From the IMG/VR virus record IMGVR_UViG_3300029953_000003: a stretch of DNA of 64,000 bases; one strand, given 5' to 3'. A program made the translations under genes and the position numbers. The stretch is from an uncultured virus (IMG/VR IMGVR_UViG_3300029953_000003). Taxonomy: Duplodnaviria > Heunggongvirae > Uroviricota > Caudoviricetes. Positions 8,692 through 18,774 of this stretch are shown one piece after another. The first letter of the stretch is position 1. Every line of letters starts with the position of its first letter. The notes beneath the pieces were generated by a model. It searched no databases. It was given only the letters and a program-made list of their open reading frames with translations, and had not been told where the DNA came from.

Positions 8692-9747
8692 ATGTCGTAC
8701 AGCGATCTCAAGAAAGACGGAATGAGTGCGGGGCCAGGGTCCAACGCGGTGGACCCCCTCCGGCTGTTCGTGATCGGTCTCGACGGCGTGGGGGTCACGG
8801 AGGAGGATCGGATCGACTGGCTGAAGGACATCTTCCCGAAGCTCTCGGCCCGGATCGATGCGCTCCGCGACGTCCGCGCCTGCGAGGAGATCGAGGAGAC
8901 CAAGATTGTCTGCTTCCGTCCCGAGGAGGCGCGCCCGGTCATCTACCTGAACGCTCACTGCTCGTTCCCCGAGGGGGAGGGGTACGGGCAGTGGTCCGGG
9001 CTGAAGTTCCTTCCGGTCGTCACGGGCCGGCAGACGACCAAGGTCTACCGCGCGCTGGGGGCGAGGCGCGAAGCGAAGGGCGCGCCGGCGCTCAAGATGC
9101 TGGCGCGCAGCCGTCTCTTCGAGACCGATCTCGAGCTCGAGGAGGCGGTCGCCATCGAGAACTCCAGGATCCTCGACTGGAAGCCCTCGGCGCGCGCCTG
9201 GACGGCTCATCGTCTGATGGAGAAGGGCTCCCCCGAGGAGCACGTGATGGCCTGGGTCGGCATCAAGAGCCGGGGCGGGCTGAAGAAGCTGATCTCTATC
9301 TTGAAGTGCAGTCCGACCGTGCTGAAGGCGCTCGACGACCGAAGGATCGTCCAGCGGGTCGCGCTCGACGTCGCCAAGAAGGGCGACCACGACAAGCAGG
9401 ACGTGGAGCTGGAGAAGCGCTTCGCCGCCGCCAAGGGGCAGAAGGGGCACACTCGCTCCCGGACGATGAACGGCGTGACTCCCGGCACCCCCTCGCCGGT
9501 GCGGCCCGGTCGCATCCGGGAGATGGTCAAGCTCCTGACGGCTCGCGCCGCCACGCCGAACGCCCCCAAGGATCCGCAGCGCGACGACGCGCTCATTCTC
9601 CTGCGCGCGATCGCAGGCGAGGCCAGCGCGGTCGCCTTGCTCCCGGCCAGCGTTCGCGAGGTTCTCGCGATCGTCCAGGCCCCCAAGAAGCCCGCTCTGC
9701 CGCCCGTCGCGCCGTCTCTCCCGGGACACGTCGCCGACGCCGAGTGA
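8692..9747 (+). CDS. divergent ParB/Spo0J-like protein
   Basis: VVTGRQTTK (ParB box-like), AIENSR, then an HTH-like region ending ILKCSPTVLKALDDRRI; GAGGAG RBS. Confidence 0.5.
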   Translation: MSYSDLKKDGMSAGPGSNAVDPLRLFVIGLDGVGVTEEDRIDWLKDIFPKLSARIDALRDVRACEEIEETKIVCFRPEEARPVIYLNAHCSFPEGEGYGQWSGLKFLPVVTGRQTTKVYRALGARREAKGAPALKMLARSRLFETDLELEEAVAIENSRILDWKPSARAWTAHRLMEKGSPEEHVMAWVGIKSRGGLKKLISILKCSPTVLKALDDRRIVQRVALDVAKKGDHDKQDVELEKRFAAAKGQKGHTRSRTMNGVTPGTPSPVRPGRIREMVKLLTARAATPNAPKDPQRDDALILLRAIAGEASAVALLPASVREVLAIVQAPKKPALPPVAPSLPGHVADAE

Positions 9748-9755
9748 AGATCGCG

Positions 9756-9820
9756 CAGGGGCTCTGCCCCTGCACCCCGCCAGGGCCTGGGCCCTGGACC
9801 CTGTAGCTCACGATGTTCGC
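9756..9820 (-). repeat. palindromic element copy 4
   Basis: reverse complement of the consensus; followed on the plus strand by GGAGGAG and ATG 9838. Confidence 0.9.
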
Positions 9821-9837
9821 ATCGGAGGAGTTCACCA

Positions 9838-10046
9838 TGACGAAGATCGATGTGCACACGAAGGTCAAGACCAAGGTCTATGCGGGGAAGCTCCGCGCGC
9901 GACTCGCGGAGCTGAAGAAGAGGCGCCCGGCGGAGCTCGAGAAGTACAGGAAGGACATCGCGCTGTGGAAGAAGGCGGGTAATGGCTGTCCTAGGACACG
10001 ACCTAGGACAATCCCCCTCGGATCAGCCGGAGGCGCGGCCCCGTGA
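9838..10046 (+). CDS. short basic hypothetical protein, possibly truncated
   Basis: strong RBS; Lys-rich N-terminal part, then runs into a hairpin region. Confidence 0.45.
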
Positions 10047-10164
10047 ATTGTGAGGTTTTCGACAACTCGGGGCCCGCCTCCGGGGCAGCCTGCGGCCGGG
10101 AACCCACGAAGATTCAGTCGCTCTCTCTAGACTTTCTCGGCCTGGCTGAAGTAGCGTAGGTCGC

Positions 10165-10437
10165 ATGTCCAAGCTCAACGCCGATCTGATCGCTCGCGCC
10201 AATCTCGCTCTCGAAGCCTCCGGCTTCGACGGAAGCATCGACGAGAACACGACCGAGACCGATGTCTCGATCCTGATGGCCCTGGCGGCCGACGGGTACG
10301 CCGGCGACAACGAGATCGAGGCGCAGGCCGTCGACATGATGACCGAGGTCTGGCGTGTGATGCGCGGGATCCACCAGGCAAGCGACACTCTCCCCGGCCC
10401 CATCCCGCCGCCGCCGCCGCCCCACACCGAGAGCTGA
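10165..10437 (+). CDS. acidic hypothetical protein
   Basis: natural codon usage; poly-Pro tail. Confidence 0.55.
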   Translation: MSKLNADLIARANLALEASGFDGSIDENTTETDVSILMALAADGYAGDNEIEAQAVDMMTEVWRVMRGIHQASDTLPGPIPPPPPPHTES

Positions 10438-10458
10438 CCGCCACGCACGAGATCGTTC

Positions 10459-10911
10459 GTGGCGCGGTCTTCGACCTGGTGCAGCTTGCGCAGGTTCGGC
10501 CCTGCGCATCGCTGCGCATTCGTGATTCGGAGCCGTGGCTACTGCACGTGGTGTCGGTGCGTGCTCACCAAGGACACGTTCCAGGTCGATCACGTTGTGC
10601 CGCGCCGAGATGGGGGCAAGCACGCCGACGACAACCTGGTCGCGTCATGCCCCGACTGCAACATCGTTCGGCCTGAAGGTGTCCCGTTTCCGGCCGAGCA
10701 GCTCGCCGAACCGCTCGACCTGGGCGCCGGGCAGCAGCTCGCCCTCATCTGGTACAACTGGATGTTCGCTCGCTTGCGCGCCAAGACGGTCAAGAATCGC
10801 GAGCGGCGCCAGTGCCTTGCCAAAGAAAACCGAGATGCTTGCGCCGCTGGCCTTGGTGGAAACGCGTTTCCGTTTCGCGTCGTCGAAGGCTCCTCCTCGT
10901 GTGCAGCCTGA
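10459..10911 (+). CDS. HNH endonuclease
   Basis: CTWC..DHVVPRRDGG..NLVASCPDCN. Confidence 0.85.
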   Translation: MARSSTWCSLRRFGPAHRCAFVIRSRGYCTWCRCVLTKDTFQVDHVVPRRDGGKHADDNLVASCPDCNIVRPEGVPFPAEQLAEPLDLGAGQQLALIWYNWMFARLRAKTVKNRERRQCLAKENRDACAAGLGGNAFPFRVVEGSSSCAA

Positions 10912-10951
10912 GCCATTCACCTCTCACCTCTCACCTCTTTGAGGAAAAGCC

Positions 10952-11530
10952 ATGAGCTCTCGCGCCCATACGTGTCCGCGCTGCAATGAGGCATGGAATT
11001 GCTACGGATGCGAGAGCGCCGAGATCGCGAAGCTGTGCGGCTCGTGCGCTATCGAGTCGACCCGATCGCAGGCTTTACCGCAGATGGACCTGACCGCATG
11101 GGCTCTTGTTCTTATCTGCTGTTTCGTCAATCTCGTCTCGTCAGCGACTCGGCGCGCGCGCCGCAAGAAGAGCGCCGTACTGGAGCCCTATCCGCGCGTC
11201 ATGATCACCTACCGATCTACGAGCTCGTTGCCGCGCATCGCGCCGCGTACGCGATGGCTCCGACTCTTCTGGGGATGGCTTCGTGGCGTACCGCAACGGT
11301 GGCGCGCCCGCACTCCGGTGTGGATTTCCACCGATGGTGGCGCTGGTTGGATGCGGCCCGACGGTCGCCCGATTCCGCGAAGCTTCTACGGTCCACCGTA
11401 TGGCCCGAACCACGATCCGTTCGCCGGAAGCGGAGACAGCGGCGCTGGCCGCTCGCCTCTTTCCGGTGTCACGGTTGGCGGCAGGCGCCGAGAGAAGTCC
11501 ACGATCACCGAGCCGGGCCAGGATCCGTGA
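10952..11530 (+). CDS. hypothetical protein (Zn ribbon plus TM helix)
   Basis: CxxC motifs, hydrophobic segment, GAGGA RBS. Confidence 0.5.
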   Translation: MSSRAHTCPRCNEAWNCYGCESAEIAKLCGSCAIESTRSQALPQMDLTAWALVLICCFVNLVSSATRRARRKKSAVLEPYPRVMITYRSTSSLPRIAPRTRWLRLFWGWLRGVPQRWRARTPVWISTDGGAGWMRPDGRPIPRSFYGPPYGPNHDPFAGSGDSGAGRSPLSGVTVGGRRREKSTITEPGQDP

Positions 11531-12231
11531 ACGCGTCGCACTTCGAGCTCTGCGCGCTCCTGAGCGCTGCCTTCGCGGGCCCGCTTCTCGCCCGGCGCGC
11601 GCCGCTGTGCGAGCCGCATGCGCGCGTGGCGACGGCGTGTCTCGCGCTCTACCTGGTGCGGGCGCTGCGGCCGCATGACGTGTCGCTAGGCGTCTTTCTG
11701 TTCGTCGTGTGGCCGGGGCTCGCCGGCGCGCTCGTGGTGCACGTCCTGCCCATGGATCCGCCAGCTTCGCCGGAGGCTCCCCTCGCGAACGCAGTGAGCT
11801 GCGGGGCCGAGGGCCCAGGCCCTGGCCCAGGGTTTGGGGGCGGGCAGCCCCCGAGCTTCTTGAGCTCTCGGGTTATGTGCGTGCTCGCAAGCTTCATGGT
11901 CGCGGCAACGGCCCTTGCGACGGAGGGGCATCGCCTGTGCGTGGTGTGGCCGTGGCCGCTGTTTACGGCGCAGGCGGCGTCTGTCGTGCTTGCGGTTGAG
12001 GCGTGGGGGAGACGAGCGAGGAGCGGGATCTCGAGATCAGAGCGGTGGGCGCAGGTGGGGGCGGTGGTGTTGCCTGCGGGGACGCTTGCCGACCTGGCGA
12101 CGGTCTGGGCAGGGGCTCCGGATACCGTTCGGGCGGTACTTGGAGGGGTGACGTGGCTCCTGTTTGGTGCGACCATGGCGGCATGTTCGAGGACTGCGCA
12201 GACCCCACCGGCGGCACGGGCGGGTGGATAG
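11527..12231 (+). CDS. multi-pass membrane protein with in-frame repeat in a loop
   Basis: several hydrophobic helices; GTGA overlap with upstream gene. Confidence 0.6.
   Translation: MNASHFELCALLSAAFAGPLLARRAPLCEPHARVATACLALYLVRALRPHDVSLGVFLFVVWPGLAGALVVHVLPMDPPASPEAPLANAVSCGAEGPGPGPGFGGGQPPSFLSSRVMCVLASFMVAATALATEGHRLCVVWPWPLFTAQAASVVLAVEAWGRRARSGISRSERWAQVGAVVLPAGTLADLATVWAGAPDTVRAVLGGVTWLLFGATMAACSRTAQTPPAARAGG
11785..11853 (+). repeat. palindromic element copy 5, in frame
   Basis: encodes ANAVSCGAEGPGPGPGFGGGQPP between predicted TM helices. Confidence 0.85.
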
Positions 12232-12369
12232 GCGTGGGCTTCGTCATTTTGGGGGCCGCGCTGGGGGCTGCCTTCTGCGGAGCCGGGCTCGCAGTCGGAA
12301 TCCGGTGTGCGGTGTCGGGGATCCGCCTCCGGCTCGACGCGATCCGTGACGCGGCGGCGACGCGGCTCT

Positions 12370-12855
12370 CTACTGCTGACTCGCGCGAATCCCAGCCCCC
12401 GTCCGAGACCGGGTAGGTCGAGCCTCCTCGGGGTCGACCTGGCTGGTGGCCGCGACGATGGTCGCCGTCTCTCGCATCGCATCGGTCGCCTCCGAGAGGC
12501 GGCGGTCGGAGATCAAGGTGCGGGTGACCTCGCCGTCTTCGCCCAGCGATTTCACCACGGTGTGGGTGCCGGACTCGACCTGCTGCCTCACCCCGTCGAC
12601 CTTGCTGTGCAGCCCGTCGATTTTCACACTGAACTCGGTCCGAACGGTCTCGATCTTGGCGCGCGTCTCGACGTGCTCGGCGACCTGCTTTTTCGCCTGG
12701 TCGGACCAGTCGATCCGGATCCCCTCGACGGCGATGGCGCCTCGCGTGGCCGCTGCCGTGAGTCGGATCATCCCGACCGCGACGACCGCGACGAGGACGA
12801 AGAAAGCTCCAGCGGCTGTTGGGTTCCTGAAAAACGCGTCGAGGAGAGTGATCAT
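12370..12855 (-). CDS. membrane-anchored coiled-coil hypothetical protein
   Basis: N-terminal TM helix followed by a helical region. Confidence 0.55.
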   Translation of the reverse strand: MITLLDAFFRNPTAAGAFFVLVAVVAVGMIRLTAAATRGAIAVEGIRIDWSDQAKKQVAEHVETRAKIETVRTEFSVKIDGLHSKVDGVRQQVESGTHTVVKSLGEDGEVTRTLISDRRLSEATDAMRETATIVAATSQVDPEEARPTRSRTGAGIRASQQ

Positions 12856-13075
12856 GAGCCTAAAGATACCGCCAAGACCGTCCGCTCCACAAGATCACTC
12901 GGTGCGCAGGCACACCCAGACCTCTCGCGAGAGACGCGCCCCACGATCTTGGTTGACGCGATAGCATTGGGTGAGATATTCGCGCGAGACTAGCAGCAGC
13001 GCGTCGCCACGACGAGCTACCCGATCCTTCGGCGGCGGCAATTGCAATTCCTGCTGCCGTGCCTAAGATTATCTC

Positions 13076-13465
13076 ATGAAGAATTTGATGGTCCTGGTAG
13101 CTCTGTCGATTCTTGGAATCATGGCAGGGTGCAGAGGCGGAGGCACCACGATCCTCTGTGACGCCGGCGCGATTCGCATGGGGGCGGACGTTCCAAGACT
13201 CGAGGTGAGCGACGAAGGCGCATGCTGCTCGCGCTGCCTGGACGTCACGGGGGAGTGCGTCGACTGCAAGGAGGAGGACGCGGGGGCAGGAGTCGGCGCC
13301 AGCACCGACGCTGGCGAAGACGCGGGATCGGCCGCGGACGCGGGCGAGGACGCAGGAGACGAAGAGGACGCTGGAAGTGGCTTCGCGACGTGCGGCGATC
13401 CCGATCCTTGCAATCCGACGCGATGCAGGGTGGTCGGTGAGCCTGCGTGCGACGCCGGCCCCTGA
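13076..13465 (+). CDS. Cys-rich lipoprotein with DAG repeats
   Basis: signal peptide ending IMAG-C; DAG linker repeats typical of myxobacterial surface proteins. Confidence 0.7.
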   Translation: MKNLMVLVALSILGIMAGCRGGGTTILCDAGAIRMGADVPRLEVSDEGACCSRCLDVTGECVDCKEEDAGAGVGASTDAGEDAGSAADAGEDAGDEEDAGSGFATCGDPDPCNPTRCRVVGEPACDAGP

Positions 13466-13996
13466 CTTCACGGCCACCTCGAGCGCGGCCTTTGCGAAAA
13501 TCGAGGCGTAGAGCTCGACGGCGTACTCGAGCGAAGTCCCTTCCTGAATGAGCTCGTGGCGATCTGGGTCACAGCCAGCCTCGCCATGGGTGAGGTAGAG
13601 CCGCTGGGTGGGCCACGCTCCGCCGGGTCCCGGGCCATTCACGCCTTCGCGGAACTCGTCCCGGAGGACGAGGTAGCGCGAGAAGATGGTGCGAGCAACG
13701 ACCTCGTCGGGCGTGGGAGGCAGTGAAGGCTTGGTCGACAAGGCAAGGTGGCACGGGAGAGGAAGCTCGCCGACGAGAGCATCTGCCGTGGCGCGGCTTT
13801 GCCCACAGAATGCCCGCTGCCCACAAAGGGCTCGGTCGTCCACGCCTCGGTTGCCCGAGACACCGGGCCATATCCCGGTGCTTTTGGCGGAAACCCGCCC
13901 GGCGGGGTGGCTTGTTCGTCCAGAGCCCCGAACATCTATAGCGCTTCGCGCTGGGTTTGCTAGCTGCTGCCCACAAGAAAGTTGTTTTCCTGTGTT

Positions 13997-14227
13997 CTAT
14001 GGGCAAGGTCCCGTGGCGCCTTTCTTGAACGGCGGCCACCCGTTCGACCATGCCAGAGTGGTGAAGAACAGGGTGAGCCACGAGGCGGCAACGACGACGC
14101 GGATTCCGATCGAGTCGACAGGCCCCGGCGAGACGTGATGGCCAGCGAGGAGGCCGATCGCCAGGGCGTTGGCGGCGCAGCATGCAATCTGCGTGAAGAG
14201 GGCTCGGTTGAAGGCGGGTCTACGCAT
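13997..14227 (-). CDS. small two-TM membrane protein
   Basis: two hydrophobic segments. Confidence 0.45.
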   Translation of the reverse strand: MRRPAFNRALFTQIACCAANALAIGLLAGHHVSPGPVDSIGIRVVVAASWLTLFFTTLAWSNGWPPFKKGATGPCP

Positions 14228-14362
14228 GGACAGACAGTTACTGCAAGTTCTCGTGAATGTCTATTCGTAGCCCTTGACTCACCTCTCGCATGAGCCTAGG
14301 TTCCACGTGCCCGTCACGAAGCGATTGCGACGCGTCGGGCAGCATGGCTTCGTTTACAGAAC

Positions 14363-14713
14363 GGGGGCGTCACGGCTTCGACGTGGCTCTTTGAGAATCC
14401 TCTGCATGTGGGCGGCGCTCGATCCGACTCAACCAATCGAGCCGTACCAACCGCGAACGACAACGCACTCCTCGATTTCGACCTGACGGGTTGACCGAGT
14501 GTCCGGCCGGAAGATCGTCCTTGTACCGGGGCAGGGCATAATTACCAGGGCTGGACCGATACGCGTGCTACGCGGCGCATCGGTCGAGATGAACAGCGAA
14601 GATAGGTCACAGCCGAATCTGTGAGCTCAGCCGCCGGGGATACGGCGGATAAGCATGTGAACGAAGGGGTTTCAAGAAAGTTGCGGACCCGGGTTCGACT
14701 CCCGGCGCCTCCA
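14363..14713 (+). ncRNA. ssrA: tmRNA
   Basis: 5' GGGGGCGTCACGGCTTCGAC; 3' T-arm CCGGG-TTCGACT-CCCGG; acceptor CGCCTCC-A with G3:U wobble; tag ORF ANDN.. at 14453-14494; CCA not encoded. Confidence 0.95.
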
Positions 14714-14821
14714 CGATTCGTTGGCACAAATAGAACGGCACGGAGTCCCGATAGCTTCGGGGAACGCCATGCAAGACCCTTCGGGTAGCCTCTAGAGACG
14801 GGAGGTCCAAGGGGTACGGCG

Positions 14822-14857
14822 AACGGCCCGGTCGCAGAGATGCGACCGGGCCGTTTT
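14822..14857 (+). terminator. intrinsic terminator after tmRNA
   Basis: AACGGCCCGGTCGCA-gaga-TGCGACCGGGCCGTTTT. Confidence 0.8.
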
Positions 14858-14905
14858 GCTGTCACGGTCGACAGCGCCGCCGCGGGCGACGGAACCGGCT
14901 GAGGT

Positions 14906-15328
14906 TCACCGACCGGAAGCCGCCGCCGGCGCCGGCACTGACCGCACGATCGCGATGACGCCGCCGAAGGAGTCGAGCCGGTACCGGATCCCGCCTTGGG
15001 AAAACGATCCGTCGACGTTGGCGGTCGCCCCCTGCACGGTCTTGAACGCGAGCTCGGTCAGCCGCATCCCCTGCGCGACTCCTGGTGCGCCCAGCTCCCA
15101 GGCGCCGCTTCCACCGATCACCAGCCGGCACGGAGCCTTCTGCGCAGAGTTGGCCGACGTCGCGCCGATCAGCCCGCCGCGCCACCAGACCTTCCCCTTC
15201 ATCGCGTCGAGGAACGTCTGCACGACCGGGATGATCGGCTCCGGCGCCTTCGCCGCAAGGGCTGGCGCAGGGGTGACGATCGTCTTGGGCTTCGGTTTGC
15301 GAGGGCGAGGCATCTGGAGCGGCATCAT
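14906..15328 (-). CDS. hypothetical protein
   Basis: protein-like composition. Confidence 0.55.
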   Translation of the reverse strand: MMPLQMPRPRKPKPKTIVTPAPALAAKAPEPIIPVVQTFLDAMKGKVWWRGGLIGATSANSAQKAPCRLVIGGSGAWELGAPGVAQGMRLTELAFKTVQGATANVDGSFSQGGIRYRLDSFGGVIAIVRSVPAPAAASGR

Positions 15329-15685
15329 GCTCGCGATCCTACGCCCTCTCAGGCGGGCGGGCCAGCGATCCGGCTACGGCAGACCAGCATCGCTTGCGAG
15401 GCCGTCGTCGATGCCCGCAAGAAGGCATGGATGTCGTTCACCCATGCCTTCTGCCCAGGCTTCGGCTTTGTAGCTGACAGTGACTTCTTCGTCGTCATAC
15501 GGTGATCTTGTTGGCGTGATGAGAAAACCAGGCAACGCGCACGGAGATCTTCGGGCCGTACTTGATCTGGAGCTCGGGGTGGTGGTTGTAGTGCTGGGCC
15601 AGTAAGATTCTTCTTTCGTGTCGCACTCGTTAACATCCGTAGAGTCTACCCGATCCTCGCGATTTCGTGATAGGAGCATCTTGTC

Positions 15686-16063
15686 ATGGCAGCAAAATCA
15701 AGCAGGTCTTTCTTGGGCAAGTGCAGGGGCTGCAAGCGAACGGTCCAGGTCTCTTGCAACGCCGCGGACACGGTGGAGGCCAGGCGCACAAGCGTCGGCA
15801 AGCTCATCTCCGCCAAGCGCATCGCGTGGCAGATCGTCGGAGGTGCGCTCGACGGTACCCGGACGCCCCTTGCGGCCGCGTGGAACGGCAAGTGGCAGCT
15901 CAGCCTTGTCTGCCCTCACTGCGCGGTCCCGATGATGGTCCAGGCCGTCGCCGGAACGTACTCCGCGAATCATCCGTGCGGCGCCCGCTGCCTCGCCTCG
16001 AAGGGGCCGACGTGCGAGTGCTCCTGCGGCGGCAAGAACCACGGCGCCTTGCACGCGGTGTGA
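15686..16063 (+). CDS. Cys-rich Zn-binding phage-type protein
   Basis: CGARCLASKGPTCECSCGGKNHG; AGGAG RBS. Confidence 0.65.
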   Translation: MAAKSSRSFLGKCRGCKRTVQVSCNAADTVEARRTSVGKLISAKRIAWQIVGGALDGTRTPLAAAWNGKWQLSLVCPHCAVPMMVQAVAGTYSANHPCGARCLASKGPTCECSCGGKNHGALHAV

Positions 16064-16361
16064 GATGGGAATGCACCTGGGCCCCCTTTCGGTCGACGAC
16101 GCCCACTTCTGCGACTGCTCTTCGTGCCGGGCCTGCGTTGCTGCGAACGAGCTCCGCCCCGCGATGGACTACCGAAACCCGCCCGTGCTCGCAGGGATCC
16201 CGGCGCCGGTCGCCGTTACGGGCAGGCTCGATCGTATCAAGAAAGTCTTTCGGACTATCTTTTTTTAGCATCACGAGCGAAGTTCGGATCGAAGATCGAA
16301 GCGCGAAGAGCTTCATGCGCGTCGCGCGTGGCGCATGCGACTTCAAGGAGCCGAGGGCACG

Positions 16362-16652
16362 ATGGACGAGATGGAAGAGGTCGAGAGAAGGGTTCAGATG
16401 ACGACGGACGAGACCCCCGAGTGGCCCACGGATCTGGCCGTAGCCGTCTGCTTGCGCCAGATCTCCGCCGACCTGGAGAACGGCACCGCAGAGGTCTTCT
16501 GCGCCAACTGCGCCGCGGTGGAGACCCTGTCGGACGACACCAGCCCCTTCTGGTCCGGGAGCGAGACCGGCTTCCGCGCATGGCTCAACCACTTCGGCGG
16601 CCTGTCGTCCGAGGAGATCGACGCGGCCGTTCTCCCGCTCAAAAACACATGA
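16362..16652 (+). CDS. hypothetical protein
   Basis: acidic ORF with GAGGG RBS. Confidence 0.5.
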   Translation: MDEMEEVERRVQMTTDETPEWPTDLAVAVCLRQISADLENGTAEVFCANCAAVETLSDDTSPFWSGSETGFRAWLNHFGGLSSEEIDAAVLPLKNT

Positions 16653-16669
16653 GCCGAAGTCGTGAGCAA

Positions 16670-17131
16670 ATGAAAAATCGCGTGAGAGATCTCGCTGCCG
16701 TTCTTCTGGTGTTTCTTTCCGCGTGCAGCAACCCGCTGGTGGACATCGGGGACCAGGAGTGCGCCGACTCTCCCAGCTCTTGCGTGGCGCCGGCCCCTTC
16801 GTGCGGAGGGATGGTGGTGCCCGCGTGTCCGGCTGGATGCCAGCCAAAGTGCTATTCCCCGACGCACGAGATGGTGCTCAAGGGAGCGCTGGCGGAGTGG
16901 GAGTGCGACCCCACCGACCCCCAGGCGACCGGCTACGGCATCTGCGTGATCGATGCTGGCCCGAGTTCGTGTTTCGCGAACGAAGGCGCGTGCGGCCAGG
17001 ACGCGTACTGCTGCTCGGGCCTGTGCTCCGAGCAGGGTGTATGCGAGGCATGCCGTGCGCCGCTCGAGGGGTGCACGACGGACCTGGAGTGCTGCGCCGG
17101 CGTGTGCAGCCTCAACGCCTGCGGAGGATAA
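16670..17131 (+). CDS. Cys-rich lipoprotein
   Basis: lipobox FLSA-C; C..C..CC.G.C repeats. Confidence 0.7.
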   Translation: MKNRVRDLAAVLLVFLSACSNPLVDIGDQECADSPSSCVAPAPSCGGMVVPACPAGCQPKCYSPTHEMVLKGALAEWECDPTDPQATGYGICVIDAGPSSCFANEGACGQDAYCCSGLCSEQGVCEACRAPLEGCTTDLECCAGVCSLNACGG

Positions 17132-17241
17132 ATGAGCGACAAGAAAGACGAGAAACTGCGCGAATGGTGGGAGCTCGCCAAGCTCTCGCCATCGAAGAAA
17201 GTGCGTCGTCGGGCTCTCTCTCTTTCGCAGAAGATGTAACG

Positions 17242-17441
17242 ATGCCGAGATCGGCCAATACAGAAGCCAAGGTCCGGCTCAACCTGGAACTGCCCGAGCG
17301 AGTCCGCGAAAGGCTAGAGCGAGTCCGGGTAATGAGCGAGGCAGATAGTCTCACCGAAGTTATTCGGCGGGCGATGTCTATCTACGACACGCTCCTAACC
17401 ACATCCAAGGAGGGCGGGGGTGCCGGGGGCGAAGCCCCTGG
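17242..17441 (+). CDS. CopG/RHH DNA-binding protein, 3' end disrupted by a partial repeat
   Basis: VRLNLELPERVRERLERVRVMSEADSLTEVIRRAM; the frame runs on to 17736 across opposite-strand genes. Confidence 0.55.
17415..17441 (+). repeat. partial palindromic element (right hairpin only), copy 6
   Basis: GCGGGGGTGCCGGGGGCGAAGCCCCTG. Confidence 0.7.
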
Positions 17442-17639
17442 TACGATCCCGGTGTCAGATCTCGTGCGGCTCACGCGTCGTAGGTCCATGACCCCTACCG
17501 AACGTGTTCACCTCGCCTTCGCCACCACCCGCCAGATCCTTCCTGGCCACCTCGAGAATCCGCCGATCGATCCGCCCGTCCTTGCCTGGGTACCGATCGC
17601 GAATCACCGCCTGAATCGCCACAGGAATTGCCTTTGTGT

Positions 17640-18464
17640 TCATGACGCGGCCTTCTTGCTGGCGAGCCGAACAGCGGTTTCGATTTCGAGCTTCTGCTTC
17701 TGCTTGATGCTCTCGGCAAAGATCACCGAGACGTGAAACTCGGTGCAGCTTCCGCGTCGGAGGCCGTAGGCATGGGCGAGCTGCAACAACGCCACGTTGA
17801 TCGCCAGACCGCGCGAGCTCTGCCAGGCCAGCCCGGTATGAACGTGAGGGTTGTTCATCTCGATCTCGATGCGTGATGGGTTGAGCAGAATGGCATGATC
17901 AGGGACTGCGACCACCTCGATCTCGAGGGCGAGGTGCCCGATCTTGCGCACTCGACACGAAACGCCGCGGAGTGCGCCAGGAAGCCTTGACGCGACAGAC
18001 AGGTCACGGCGTAGATCGGCCGTGATCTTGGAGATTTCACGACCTCCGACGTACCTTGGCCCCGTCCAGTTCCCACTGGCGATGTCCTCCGGCGCGGCTC
18101 CCGCCGGCGAGGTGCGCGCAGCGAGCTCGACGGCCGCCACCGCCTCAAGAATGTGCCCGTAGACCGCCGCGTGGACAAGCCCACTCGATGCCGCGCGAAG
18201 GGTTTGACCTGCGATCCATGCCTCCTCGGCGAGCGCCACCGCGGCGTCGTCGCTGGATCGGGTACCGATCACCATCGTCGCCTCGTCGAGAATCGCGTCG
18301 GCCGTAGCGGCGGGAGCGATGTCGTAGACGCCGGAAGCCCTGCGCGCGGCGGCATTCACCTTTGCGACGGAGGCCAGGGCATCGAGCGCGTCGGGCACCA
18401 GCCGTCGAGCGACGATGGCAATAACGGCGAGGATGCGCAGGGAAAGAAGGGCGGGCGTGGACAT
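17640..18464 (-). CDS. hypothetical protein
   Basis: Ala-rich ORF starting MSTPALL. Confidence 0.55.
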   Translation of the reverse strand: MSTPALLSLRILAVIAIVARRLVPDALDALASVAKVNAAARRASGVYDIAPAATADAILDEATMVIGTRSSDDAAVALAEEAWIAGQTLRAASSGLVHAAVYGHILEAVAAVELAARTSPAGAAPEDIASGNWTGPRYVGGREISKITADLRRDLSVASRLPGALRGVSCRVRKIGHLALEIEVVAVPDHAILLNPSRIEIEMNNPHVHTGLAWQSSRGLAINVALLQLAHAYGLRRGSCTEFHVSVIFAESIKQKQKLEIETAVRLASKKAAS

Positions 18465-18475
18465 GGTCGGAACCC

Positions 18476-18743
18476 TCAGATGGCGACTGTGGCGTCGGTC
18501 TTGGACTCGGGACGGCAGCGCAAGATCAGGTAGACGTTGCCGGCGTCCACGATCTCGGGATCGATCGCATGAGTCACTGCATCGACTTCCCACCAGCGGG
18601 AAAGGAGACCCGCCCACACTTCAGCGCGCTCCGCGTACTGAGCCTCCGTGAGGTCGGCCGAAAAGGTCACCAGGCCGGTGCCCCACGAGAGCACCTCGAA
18701 CGTCACGCCACCGACCACCCGCGTCTGCTTCGTCGTGCCCATG
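18476..18743 (-). CDS. hypothetical protein
   Basis: MGTTKQ.. directly behind the operator/promoter. Confidence 0.55.
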
Positions 18744-18774
18744 GCTGCCAAGCTAGATCCGCGAGCGCGATTCG

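Noticed and set aside
14684..14716. Stand-alone tRNA
   Set aside because: The T-arm and acceptor belong to the tmRNA; there is no anticodon arm.
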